This document shows, one piece after another, positions 12,807 through 25,310 of a stretch of 64,000 nucleotides of DNA. The notes under the pieces are model-generated. The model did no database searches. It was not told the DNA's origin and saw only the letters and a program-made list of their open reading frames with translations. The translations under genes and the position numbers were made by a program. This DNA is from Paragordius varius (Eukaryota > Animalia > Nematomorpha): the NCBI GenBank assembly GCA_964247055.1, contig OZ176052.1, positions 4,340,001 to 4,404,000 on the forward strand, given 5' to 3'. Each line of letters starts with the position of its first letter. The first letter of the stretch is position 1.

Positions 12807-15626
12807 TTTACCCAATATTGCCTGCAAAAAATTTTTAAGCTTTAAATAAAATGATAATGCACCAAATCGGAGGCTTAATATATTATAAAACATTCAATAT
12901 ACATTACACACATGCCTTAGCAGAAAAAATAAACTATCATCTCAGATATTTGAAAGAAATTTTATGCCTAAAGCGATATTAAAGCCAAAATTATGCCAAA
13001 AATATATAATCACGGGTAAAAAATGCCTTAATCTAAAATCTGAGATGATAGATCATTTTTTCTGCATCGAATTGTATGAAAAAAGTAATGTGTAATATAT
13101 TTTGAATGTTTTGTGAAAAATTATACGCAGCTTCCGCTTTGGCGCAAATTATCGAATAAATTTTTTAATATAAAGCTTATAATTATTTTGCAGGCAATAT
13201 TGAGTTAAATCTATATATATAAATATATGATTGTTTAAATAAAAAATAAAATTGGTAACCCCATATTAAGTTTTTATGATTTAAATTTGACGCCAAAGTG
13301 CGATATTTTAGCTTAGTTCTTAAAAATCTTTGTGGGTCTCCGAAAAAAAGTAAAATCTTTGTTGATAATATTTAGAGTTATCCTTATACTATATTAAAAC
13401 AAATAAAATTTAAGTGACAGGTTTTCATCTATTGTATTTACTTTTATTTGGCCTAATATGTGATAAAATGCGATTTTTGATTTTGGCTTATAACAGAAAA
13501 ATTTAAATAACTTTTTAATTAGTATTTTAACCGCATATATCATATCGATATACATTATCTTAAAACCTTTAGCTATCGAATTATATATGATACATTGACA
13601 TTTGTTTTTTGCTGCGCACCGTACTGTAAAACCAAAAAAAGGGACCGATTTTTGGCAAAAATACGATGGCTCAAAAATATCTGTAGATTTTCAATCCTTG
13701 GTATTCAACCTTTATATGGTAAATGTCCAAGTATATTATTTTTATCTTTCTTAATAGCTTATAAAAGTGTAATTTGGATAAATATTTTTGGTAGCTTAAT
13801 AAGTCTAGTGAAGAGGTTTATCGTTAGGAAGTCTTAACTACAGATTGCTCCGTTTTTGGGACATGTTTTGGTTCCATGTGTAGTAATAATAAGCAAAATA
13901 TTACTATTTTTTAAAATTTAATATTCAAGTAAAATAAAAAACATTATAAATAAAGCTTAACTTTGTATATACAAAAGGTTTTCATCTTTTTGCAGTTTCA
14001 ATTTTCTAATGTGCGAGTTAATAGTAACGCTTCCAATCTTTATTTTTCTCAAAATACCGTAACTATCCCTCATATGATGGAGATTTAAAACACCACCTAA
14101 AAACTATAGGGAGTAATGCCAGAAATGCTACAAACAATAGTGGGTATTTTAAACCAATTAATTTTAAACAATGATTGATCATTTTTTATTGAATTTTTTG
14201 GTGAATTATATTGAAATGATAAACTTCAAGAAGGCATAAAAAATATCGAAAAAAAATTAATTTTAATTTTAAAGGAACATTATAAGCCCTTGGATTATGC
14301 TTGTTCATAATTAGCCCTAATGTAACAGGTGTGTTCATAAGCTATCACCGGTTTTTCGGTAAAAACACATGTAAGTTTGGAGGAATCCATTATTTATTAT
14401 CAACATATTTGGCATCAGCTTCTTCTATTTCGCTCATCTCGCAGGTAATATATGAATGCCGACAGAAAAACTGATTTACCTTTTCGGCAAACCCTTTGTC
14501 AAGCCATTTTCAACGTCCTCCAAATTATCTAGGTTCTGCTCTGGGAGGTGCCTCATTTATGCAAAGTTGTATTCGTCAGATGGCGCCGGGTGAAGAGAGA
14601 GCGGTTCCGTAAAAAATTCCATTGAAACGATTTAATGTGTCATGGGACCTTAATTTATACTACCACCTCTCTGGTTCCACCAACCACAGTGCTTGGATTT
14701 CTTGTTATAGCGATTTGTTTTCATTGTGGATGGCTTGGCAAGATAAAAGTCACAATTTTCTCCACTTTGGACATTCTAATGAAGCTAACCCTTTTACAAT
14801 ATTAGCGTCTACGCAGTTGTGTGACCTCCTTTTTCAAATCGAAACTTTTAATATTTTGAAACCATGTTTCCAACAAATTAATCGATAGAGTATGCCTATA
14901 TATTCTGCCAGCAAAAATCACTTTCTACAGTCTTTTCCTTCAGAAATGGGTAACGCAAATATACCTTTTCAGGCACAAAACTCTCCGTGTTTCTAAATAA
15001 TAAAAACAAGTCGCTAGTTTTTGGTTAACTCAACTTGTGTATGTTCGTTTGATATCGGATGAGCAAAATGGGTATGTGTCACAAATTATCGTCTGCGTAC
15101 TTTTCTCTGGCATTTTATTAATTAAACCCGTAATTATAAATCCACATGCTAGATACCATTTACTTACTTCTGATCACCTCAAACTTACCCTCTAATATTT
15201 TAAATTCCCTCCTGAACACCTCAAATTCTCTCTAAAAGTACCCTTAAGCTATTCACCCTTAATATAAATCATGTTTTTAGGTTCAATTAACTTTATTTAT
15301 TAAATATTTGCTATGTTAAATTTTTTTCGGCTTTATTTTTTTATTGTGTTAATTTATAAAAATCAATTTAAAATATCAAAAACTATTAGTAGTTTTTATT
15401 TTAAATGCCTTGTTTTGTTATAAATGTATAATAAATTAAATCGTAAGGAGACATTTAAATTATTTTGTTTTTGAAAAATATTTTATTCAAAAAAATTAGC
15501 ATTAAAAACCAAAAAAAGCAAAATTCTACTATACTAAAGCAGATAAGATTTAATTTAGCCCAAAAACACATAATTAATTTTTGAATTAAATATGAAATTT
15601 TTAAAGGTGATTTGAAGGTATCAATA

Positions 15627-15664
<38 letters not shown>

Positions 15665-18600
15665 TAAAAATTAACATAATTTAAGATATTAATTACTGTG
15701 ACATTGTCCAGTTGCGGGGTTTTTAACAAACGGGGCCTGACAAATACAAGCCGTCTCATTTTTGTTAATATTGTCCGATTGAATCACTATACAAACTTGA
15801 TCACTTTCACAACCCGTATTATTTGCTACAATGCAAGGTAGTCCTGTTATGTTAATCTTAACCAAACTCTCCTCTATAATTAAATATGATTTTAAATTGG
15901 GAAAATAATGAAAGATAATTGAAATTTTATTAAACAAATTAGTCTATAACTATAACTGCTTTAGACAAATAGAGTAAGTACATTGATTGGGATATGTTCG
16001 ACTAGTTTTGTTCGGAAACTATGGTCACAATGATTGGTTATAATATCGCTGGTTACTTAAACTTTTATTTAAAGCTAATATACATTTTTTAGATTAATAT
16101 ACTAAATTTGTGCAATCGCAATAATTTTAAAATCTCCTGAATAAATGATATCAAAATTAACAGTATATTATCTTTGCACATGCAATATAAATTATATAAT
16201 TTTGTTGTTAGGTTATACACCTAATATGATAATATAAAATGTACTAATTGCACTGACCGACAAAAAGGGTTGCAAACACAGATTTATGAATTTAACTATA
16301 ACAACTAAGTTAAAATTGTAAAACTAACAGGCTGAAGATATTAGGGTGACATCATTAATTTGAAATTATATAACAATAAGTCCAGAAGGATATCATACAT
16401 CCTGCTATCTTACTTAATATGTATTATTATAATCGACAACCGACATTATAAATTCATGCACAATATCCCATCTTTTTGCATGGATTAACATTTCTTTGAA
16501 TTTGGATTTTGCCTTCAGTAGTCCCAAAATGAGAATATTAAATTAATAAGCAAAAATACCAATGCAATGTTTCCCAGGATAATAGGCTTCAGATTCCGTA
16601 ACGTTGTCGACGTATCCCTTGTTACAGCGACATCCTCGAAACACTAATTTTCGTTTCAAACATTTGGCATTGACATCGCACGGTCTCAGTGTAGGATGAT
16701 CACATATAGAAATAGCTGTAAAATTATAAAAGTTTTTATATTTTTCCAAGTTTTTTGATGGAATTCAGGTTAAAGGTAAAAAATAAAAAGACATCATATT
16801 CCTCACAATACTAATTTGAGCGAACAAAAATTAAAAAAAGAATCAAACGTTTCATTTGTCTCAAAGATTTTGCCGTCAATCCTAAACGATTATCTGGCAT
16901 TATAGCGTACAAACTTTGTAACTTTTGAGCTAATCGGCTGGCTTGGTTTGGGGTACATTGGTCTCCTACATGAAACACTAAATTGGCCAGACTTCTTTCA
17001 GCTTGAAAATCTACAACCCGACTCCCAATAATGCAATTGTTGAGTTCGGGATCTGTTTCGATCAAACGCTCATGCTATTTAATTTTATATAGTAAACAGC
17101 TATATTATTGGTTATATGGATATTTAAAATAGTTAACAAGGAAAAAATGTGACCAAGTATGAAATCTTTTTTTACTCTAATTTTAAGCAAGAAAAAGTTA
17201 CAGATGACATTTTTCTATATCAAATTAAAAGGCCCAAATAGCCAATATTATGGATGTTTATTATATTTAACGCATACTATCAATGAATTAATTGATTAGA
17301 TTTTATAATCATATAGGAAATATTAGTATATTTTGAAGTAAATAAATTTTTACCAATGCTAAAATAGCGTTTGATAAACCAATGTAATCATATGATGATT
17401 GGTTTGAGAAAGCGGTTGAAAAGGTTCTGTTGAAACTAACGCCTGCGGATATGGAATAGCTGATTGCTATAAAATATTTGATATAAAAAACAATTTTGCA
17501 GTAATTTCAAATCGATAATAGCACTGTGCACAAAATTGGCGGGTATAATATATCCTGATGAAATATATATTCTGATAGATAAATGTATCAGGATTCTCAT
17601 TGTGCTTTTGGTTTTGGCCTTACGAGTGATAGAAAATACAAACACCGTTTGTAGTAATTGCTCCGAATGTTCAAAATAAGTTTTTTTGCTTAAGTATCCA
17701 AAAAATATCATTAAAAAATATTTTGTTTAAAAACCAAAACATTTTTAAAAAATAGTTTTGAAATGTAGGTCCCGAAATTTCCAAATTTTTGGCCCCTTCT
17801 AAACTGCGCTAATTTTCTTTAAATTAAGCGAAAATTTGCAATAGAATTTTAAAAAATGGTAGATTATGATTTTGGAAAAATTATTTTTGAATAAATTCAT
17901 ACTTTGTTTAAAAATTAATTTATTATCATGCTATTTCAAGCATGATGGAAACGTTATAAAACATCAAGCATTTTGCATTTCAAAGATGCCGAACATCCAT
18001 CACTTTAGAATTCGATTAAAAAATCCATATCTCTTAAATTTAAATGTGTTTTTTTACAAATATTTATCAAATATGAAAGCAAACAAACCTTTAAACTCAA
18101 ATTGTGATGTTATAGAAATGTTTAGCATCCTCCACTTTCATAGAAAAAGAATAAAAGTGTTTTTATACCGTTGCCATCATGCTTTAAAATAAACAGCATT
18201 TTAACAATTTTTATAGAAAATAAATTTTGAAGAAACGTATGCATTTTTTCAAAAATTTCTTTGTTGTCATATTCTACAGGGGCGTCAACAAGGCCGTCCA
18301 AAACTCTATGTGCAGCCTCAAAAGTTTTGGAATCGGTAATTTGCAAGCGGATGCTCATAAAATCTTAGCAAAATAGTTATTTTTTTATCCAATTGGCAAG
18401 AACTAAATTGTTATATTTGCATTTTACAGTCTTATGTTTGAAATCTATTATATTATTAATAAATACCGATATATATTTCAAGTCCACCCGCGAAGCTATT
18501 CGTGTAAGCATCTCGGTATTTTAGCGTTGCATATCTGGGAGGCATTATTAACACATAATGCTCTAACTCACATCATATGAAAAGACATATAGCTATCGCC

Positions 18601-21435
18601 AAATAATGCAGATTGGCCCACAAAATAAATTTTGATACTCACATGAAATATACAATCATGATCGAAAATTGGATTGGTAACGAAATATTCCCTATCATGT
18701 TAATATGGGATTGGCTCATTAAAAACGTGATGAGAAATGAAGAAATGTTTTTGAAATGTTCAGTAAGAGAAAATTACTTTGTAAAACATTGAAGCACCTA
18801 ATTAAAACACTGATATTGCAAACATAATCAATACACAGATAACACTTTGTAAAATAGCAAAAATCCAGCTACTATGAAAGGATCTTTGCAAAAGATTATA
18901 ACAGGAAAAGTAAATAGCAATAGAGGAAGAGGCCGCAAACCTATCCGTTGGATGGATGAAATATTATTTTTTTCTAAAATATCAGTACAAATACTATCGT
19001 AAAAAGCCCAGGACAAAACCGAATGGAAAAAATATAGTTTATGATTTATATCCCATTTAACTTGCTCCAAAGAAGTTTTATTTTGCATAATGTGGTTTAC
19101 GACTTTTGGATATGGAGCAATTACTACAATAGTGTTATTTTCTTAAATCACCCGTAAGGCCAAAAATAAAAAGCAAGAATCCTGATGCATTTTCCATCAA
19201 AAAATACATATTTTATCAAGATAATTTGTGTCCACTGTGTTGCGTATATTATATTTTTTTATCATAGGTTAAAACCCAAACCGATAAAGTTAAAATTTAG
19301 TTATATCTAAAAAATTTATAAAGAGCCGTCAACTTCATTAATTAAAGACGTTTAACTTTAGTCGACAATATATTTAGACTCTGATATATTGGGATAGAAT
19401 GCATTGTTTACCATGTGATATTATATAACGATAAAAAAAGGTTTTAAAACTTATATCCAATGTTAAAAATGTGAAATTTTTATCTGTTATATTGTATTTT
19501 ATTTATAATTAAAAGCGTATATTTACAATTGTCTTAAACTTAATTGGCTATGGACATTGCTGACTCTATTCACAAGCAATCAGACTACTAATTATATCGG
19601 TCTAAGACCCAACCCCACCTTTAATTTTTCAGCCTTTATGATATGGATAGTGATATATAGGATTCTACACTTTAAAATGCTATTTTTAGGGACTTTATAA
19701 AAATTAAACCGTTTTCACTATATATGACGAATGCATTTTAAGATTATTAATATCATAAATCTTTAAACTTGTTAAAAAGTAATATTACAAAAGTTGTTTT
19801 TGTTAAGAGTGATCATCAAGCATTATACTATTATAGATTGAGTTACAGTAATTAAGTAACAGATACTAAAATTGAGACATCACCCGAATCTACTAGTAAG
19901 GAACAGCTGATTAAAAAAAATATTTAAAACTTACTGTCGATATTTTATCAAAAGTATTTTAAAGCTAATTTATTTTATTCTTTACTAATTTATTTTTATT
20001 TGCCATTTATATTATTAAAAAAAATATAAAAAAATATGGCGGCAAAAAGAATGAGATGAGTATTTTTTAATTTAAATTATTTTAAATTTTTTTTAATAAT
20101 ACGCATTAGGCCTAATATCATACAGATTTTTATGATATATATATATATATATATATGATATATATTGAAATTGCTATGCGATGGAAAACCACCAGAAAAG
20201 GTGTTTAGGTGTTAAAAAACTGAATCTTTAAGATCTAGGCTAACAGCTCTTTATATATAGTTTAGACTTTTACTTTCACGTTTTGTCTTTAGCATAATTC
20301 AATTTAAATTTTCATTTTGTCCCTGAACAAAAAGTGCTTACGTTCACATGGTCCTGTCAGGTCATAATGTCTACGAGTGCTTGTTCGTTGACAAGCGCAA
20401 ACCCCAAAAGCCGCTCTTTGAATACATTCTTCATCTGGACGACAACCAATATTGCTTCCCAATATGCATGCCGTGGCACTTCCCAATCTTTGCAGAATGG
20501 GTTGTGCATTGAATTGTACAACCGGACTATTGTAATCGATTTGAGCAGATACATCATATGGTGATATCAAATCTTGTAAAGTAAATGGTTTAAGTAATGG
20601 GCTCCTTTCTTGATCCGGAATAAGTTTTCCATTATGCACATTATTCGATGCACTGAAATTTAAATAAGTTTCGTCACTATTTGGGAGGATTTGAATATCA
20701 AATGTGTGTACGGTTTTTTTATCATTAATATTTGTTTGTAATGAATGGTTAGTAAAACCGTTTGTGGTAATGTTCTGGATTGATGGCGTAATTGAGTATG
20801 GAATTTTAACCTTTATTTCCTGACTTTGAACTAAAAAAATATAAAAATATTCTTAATTTATTTGTGTGTATGCACCTTACAACGTTTATATAACTGATAT
20901 GTTAAAAGATTTCCTTATTTTTGAAAAATTAAACCGTATACATCAGTCCATATATTCAAAATTTTGATTCAAATATTTTAAATTCTAATTTGTAAACTAT
21001 AACATAATAACTTAGTTAGGCCCACATTGATCAAACAAATTAGAGCAATTAAATAGCATCAGTAAAAAACAGAAAAATTAACTTAGAAAAGGGATATTTG
21101 AATTAAATATAATTTTTTCAATATAATCCATTATTAATTATAATTATATTGCACCATACGAAAATTCGTGTTGAAAATAAATTTAACATATATTGTAAAT
21201 GTTATTATTTCATAGGTTGGAATTAGAAAATTATATATATACCAAAAAGTGAATCCAATGAATACTTTTGATATGGATGGATATATCGTGTAAAATTTAT
21301 AGTATTATTACCCTGTAATTTTAATGTGGATTCAATTGTATAGATTTGAGATATTAAAATAAGCTTTATAAGCGTGGGCAAAAAATTTACATTTAACTTG
21401 AGAATGATGAACAGTGATCTTAAAATAATCCACAT
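3753..21435 (-). CDS. Type-I transmembrane EGF/SEA-domain protein (MUA-3/MUP-4-like or SEA-mucin-like), ~1000 aa, 17 exons
   Basis: Phase-consistent GT-AG exons: 21435-21312, 20830-20342, 18363-~18206 (donor uncertain), 17074-16849, 16715-16560, 15843-15697, 12228-12091, 10887-10744, 10375-10220, 8389-8277, 7582-7333, 5854-5690, 5596-5521, 5452-5406, 4929-4809, 4580-4232, 3896-3753. Hydrophobic N-terminus; six-Cys modules; EGF repeats of the CxCxxGYxD...PGxxC type (CRCNKGYVDNVTESEAYYPGKHC, CVCLHGYEDVDIKHPGRFC); SEA motifs (IIGSRVVDF; IDIFILRFLPGSIVAETQF); juxtamembrane EGF; TM helix VLYSSIAVLIICFAVSTISWWCIVV followed by KSKRK; cytoplasmic tail. Confidence 0.85.
6141..6500 (+). repeat. Dispersed repeat, copy 2 (see 2261-2700)
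   Basis: Direct similarity to 2261-2700; lies in the 7332-5855 intron. Ends approximate. Confidence 0.7.
6853..6956. repeat. Short tandem duplication (~50-bp unit, two copies)
   Basis: tcgagtttaatgtta.atcgg.gccaaaaat....atataccctaata occurs twice in tandem. Confidence 0.75.
8640..9130. repeat. Degenerate inverted repeat / foldback relic
   Basis: tttttgaagcgagttt (~8745) pairs with aaactcgcttcaaaaa (~9025); weaker similarity extends outward on both arms. Confidence 0.55.
9361..9470 (+). repeat. Dispersed repeat family (other copies ~17515-17690 minus, ~19105-19250 plus)
   Basis: Shared core gtaaggc.caaaa.caaaagca..a.gag/aatcctgat.catt in three introns of the EGF/SEA gene. Confidence 0.65.
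9503..9767. mobile_element. TA-flanked MITE with CCATTT termini and 21-bp subterminal tandem repeats (subfamily 1)
   Basis: TA|CCATTTACAGTCAAATTCACCC ... GGGTAAATTTGATTTGCAAATGG|TA; unit TTCACCCTYRAACAATTCAAA. Confidence 0.85.
11044..11409. mobile_element. CCATTT-terminus MITE, subfamily 1 (best-preserved copy)
   Basis: TA|CCATTTAC...GTAAATGG|TA with about five 21-bp units on the left arm and four on the right. Confidence 0.9.
12477..13551. repeat. ~1.07-kb palindromic (foldback) element
   Basis: atatcgatatgatatatgcgg pairs with ccgcatatatcatatcgatat; arms align inward (taggccaaataag/atttggcctaata, gcaggcaatattg, ctcagat/atctgag) to a centre near 13000. Confidence 0.9.
12767..12803. repeat. 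(TA)n microsatellite
   Basis: Pure AT dinucleotide run; similar runs at ~15628-15662, ~20136-20157, ~30940-30962 and ~50373-50402. Confidence 0.95.
14325..15150 (-). mobile_element. Decayed, internally deleted mariner (Mos1-like) transposon
   Basis: Minus-strand frameshifted fragments match mariner motifs in order: ESFVPEK..LKEKTVES (N-terminus), ETWFQNIKSFDL (HTH), PSTMKTNRYNKKSKHCGWWNQRG (cf. KTMLCVWWDQ), PAPSD (cf. YSPDLAPSD), NLEDVEN..GIHILPAR. Terminus TA|ACAGGTGTGTTCATAAG at 14323; the other end is degenerate. Confidence 0.85.
15156..15620. mobile_element. Degenerate CCATTT-family MITE next to the mariner relic
   Basis: TA|CCATTTAC start with decayed 21-bp-type units; right end degenerate. 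Confidence 0.55.
17925..18200. mobile_element. MITE-like inverted repeat
   Basis: aagcatgatggaaacgttataaaaca pairs with tgtttttataccgttgccatcatgcttt. Confidence 0.7.
18480..18970 (+). mobile_element. 3' fragment of an RTE-type non-LTR retrotransposon
   Basis: Plus-strand relic MKGSLQKIITGKVNSNRGRGRKPIRWMDEI resembles the RTE/BovB C-terminal GKIEGRRRRGRQRMRWLDGI block; upstream VMRNEEM resembles KVRNEEV. Many stops. Confidence 0.75.
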
Positions 21436-24079
21436 AGAATTAACCACATTAGTTACCCCGAATATTTATTTTATTGCATAAATAATTTTAATTAGTAAAA
21501 AAAGTTTAATTAGAATTATACTGCTGATTTAAGGTACTTTTTGGATTTTATCCGTTTGATCTTTATTTGAATGGTTTTCTTTGACATGTTTTTCTAGAAA
21601 AACACTATTATCTGATAATTACGTGTTAAATTTTCTATATGTTAGGCTCCCTTTCTTAGTAGAACAAAGAACGACATTAGATGTGTAGCTAATAAATTGG
21701 CAGAATGGCCGTTTAATTGCACTTTGCATTTGCGTGTATGGTACGATTTTTTCATAAAGAATTTTTACTTAACATATCAAATAATAGATATAAAAACAAA
21801 TATTTAAATATCATTTATATATTTTTAGATATATTTAATTCGTTTTTGATTCTCTCTAAAATAGAAGGATGGAGGTTTGGACCTTAATTACCATTGATAA
21901 TGATATTTTATTTTAAATACCTGGTAGGCATTTTACACTTACCAGACTAAATAATCTAGTTGGTATGGATTTTTATAATTAAATATAATGTTTTATCTTA
22001 CATTAGCACAAAATCGGAGTGGATAAAATAACCTGAAGATTTATATTTTTTATAAATTAATGTATCGGGATTTAAATTGTTGTTTTCGGCCTTAAAAGTA
22101 AAAGTGATGTATCTTTGTGATAAAATAATTTTAAAAAATAACAAAATTTGGGCGCTTTAAGAATTTTTTGGTGAAAGCCTTCACAGATATATATATATAT
22201 ATCTTAATTAAAACATATTCAAAGCAAAACAATATTTGATAAAACTTTAATTTTTAGATTTTAAGTTTCAAATTTTTGGCACTCTCCAAGGGTCGTTATA
22301 ATTGACGCCAAAAATCAGATTGCGTGATTAGAATTTTTAATATATGCTAGATGATATCAAAATATATTTTTAAAAAAATGAAAATTTAAATTTATTTTTA
22401 GAAATTGCGTATTTTATTGTATTTTGGAGCATGATATTTTCTATTTTCAAAAAAATAAATTTAAAATACTTTTTTCACAAATAATTTACATATATTTGAA
22501 AACTAACAAATATAACAATCAAAATTATGAGATATAAAAATATTTTGTGTCATTTAATTATATATAAAATAGATATCTAGTGTTTTTATACCTTGACACT
22601 ATGCTTCGGAATACCATATGCTACAGCTTCAAAAAAATTATTAATCTAGTAATTTAAAATCTTATCCCGCATCGGTTATTTTGCTTTAATTTAAAAAACT
22701 AGCCCATAGAGGCCAAAGATTTGAAACTTTCGCCCACATCTAAAAATTCAATATAATAAAAATATTGTTGTAATACTTGGAAACAACACATTAAATTCAG
22801 TCCTATTAGCCAGGCCTGTATTAATCATTCAAAAAATGTGAATGAAACCATGGCAAAAGTTTGGACTTATATAACGTGAACCGAAATATAAAAAAGATTT
22901 ATTCAAAAAACTTGATAGTATTTATTTTATGGATAAACACGAAGGTAAAATTTAGCCAATATTCAATATGCATTAGCTAAAAGATATCTTCACCGGCTAC
23001 TTTGATAATTTTTGTTTTTTTTAATTTATTTTAAGCTCAATTTTAATGATATATATTATATATAATCGTAAATTATTGATTGAACCCATTTTATTATTTT
23101 TTAACATTTTAGCACTTTTTGCGTACCAAATAAAGCGTTCTGGGCACCCCTGGTTTATACGATGGTAGATTATGAATTCAAATTGAGATATCTAAAGACC
23201 CCAAGCCATATTTTAATTTATATAATTAAAAAACTACTGAAGTACACGGGTCTAATTTAAATTCATGCTGCTATCCTGATAAAAATTATATAAATAAGCC
23301 AAAATATTTAAATGAAATTAGTCTACAAAGTCTCCTCAAGTTGTTTCGACACCATTTTATCTAACAACATTTTTGCAAAATATCGTGTTTTTCCATTTCA
23401 AGGCTAAAATTAAAGTTAATTATTTATTATTGTAATTACATATGAAATTAGTGTAAAGAGAAAAATGGCTTATTTTGTGTCATTTTTATATTTAGCTATT
23501 TAAATCATGTTGACTAAATTTTAACATACAGGTTTATCCATAAAATATTTGAATCGGGGGACTGAAATGAATGTGATGAGTATCTAAGTGTAAATAAAAA
23601 AATACGATATTTTGATAAATGTTTAGAGAAAAAAATGGCGTCCAAGTAGTTGATATTGAACTTTTTTCAAAACTAAATTTTATTAAGATATTTTGGCCTT
23701 TCTATATGATTTTTATTGGGATAGAGGCATAAATTTAAATTGAAAACGTTTCTTTCAGTAGTCTTATAATATCGATTTAAATATGGGTCGGGGTCATTTG
23801 AATCGAAATGTTAAGGATAGTTTCGAAAGGAATTCAATATTCACCAAAAAAAAATTGATTAATATAAAATGCCCAAATTTCTTAAAATTTCGATATGGAT
23901 CAATTACGAGGAAAGTTTCTTAAATGAGTCGCAAGGCTCAACAAAGCAATACTTATGCTTCTTTCTAGCAGAAAATATAGATTTTATTTATATATTTTTT
24001 GTAAGTACTTATTCAAGAGAATGTGATCAGGTGTATTGCAATTTTAGAAACTTTAGTTAATCAATTTTAACCGTGTATA

Positions 24080-24538
24080 CAATTTGCACTTCAAGAGTGT
24101 CCTTGAACACTTCAAGTTGGCCCTTAAAATTATTGATTAACCATAATTTTTGCATGTATTGTTTAATTTCTTCTTTTTAACATTTATTATAATATATTTA
24201 TCCATTTAAAAATAAAAATTTTTATTCAAAAACCACTTTTTTAATTTTTTTCCAATTAAACAAAATTATCAACTTTTAAATGTTTTAAATGAAAAATTGT
24301 CCATAATAACACAGAAAACTTATATATTTTTTAATAAAATGTTAAAATCTTATAAATATCCAAAATAATTTTGGTTTCTCAATAATTAAAAGTTGATATT
24401 GATTTAATATTATGTTAAATAATAGAAAATAGGTTAAAAATTGATAAAAGTTTAAAACAAAACAAAAAGTCAAAGGACCAACTTGAAGTGTTCCAGGATC
24501 AACTTGAAATGTTCAAGGACCAACTTGAAGTCAAATGG
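24080..24538. mobile_element. CCATTT-terminus MITE, subfamily 2 (21-bp unit AAGGACCAACTTGAAGTGTTC)
   Basis: TA|CAATTTGCACTTCAAG ... CTTGAAGTCAAATGG|TA with three 21-bp units on the right arm; a degenerate sibling lies at ~26008-26447. Confidence 0.8.
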
Positions 24539-25020
24539 TATATATAACATTTCAGACATAGTCCTTAAAAATTAAATTATATAGTTTTGCCGTTAATATC
24601 AAAGATATCGTAGGATTGTAAAAAAATGCATACTTATGGTCCTTGGTTCAGGGCTTAAATGAGGATTCAAAGTATTTAATTTATCGTAAATACTCAAATA
24701 GAAATAATATAAATTTATCTCAAATGATAAGTTATCAGTTTGTAAATAGATTTGTGCTCTAAACAAAATTAAACGTTATTATGACAAATTGTTATTTTCG
24801 AACAATATTTTGGTTTTAAAATAAAGAGTTAGTGAAATTAGTTGCAGCGTATTTTGAATATTTTAAATCATGCTGGAAACGGTGTAAAACCACTTTTTAC
24901 AATAGTATATGGCGCCTGATTGTGGTTTTGATAAAATATGGAGGATATGTTACAAAAACAGTTGTTTTATACTTGATGTATAGTGTCTGTTGCAACATTT
25001 AATGGTTTACCATTGTAGAT

Positions 25021-25310
25021 CAGGGGTGCCCAACGCAAATGGCTTCGGCGTGCATCTTGGGCATAAAAAATCCGTTGCCGCATTCGAAAAATATATGGAC
25101 CATATATTTGAAATTTCAAACATAAGATACAACTACAATATGAACTATTTATTTAAACAATTATCGGTGGTTTTCGCCAAAATTGGGAAAAACATTTTAC
25201 TTAGTGTGAATAGTATATATATAAGTATAGAATTTGTATTTATTTGGTAAAAAATTTCTCGCCAGCTGCTTGAAGAGATATTCCGCAGGTCTGCGTATTG
25301 GACACCCCTG
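25021..25310. mobile_element. hAT-type MITE (290 bp)
   Basis: TIRs CAGGGGTGCCCAA-CGCA / TGCGTATTGGACACCCCTG; 8-bp flanks ttgtagat / ctttagat (6/8 match, NTNTAGAN-like target). Confidence 0.85.
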
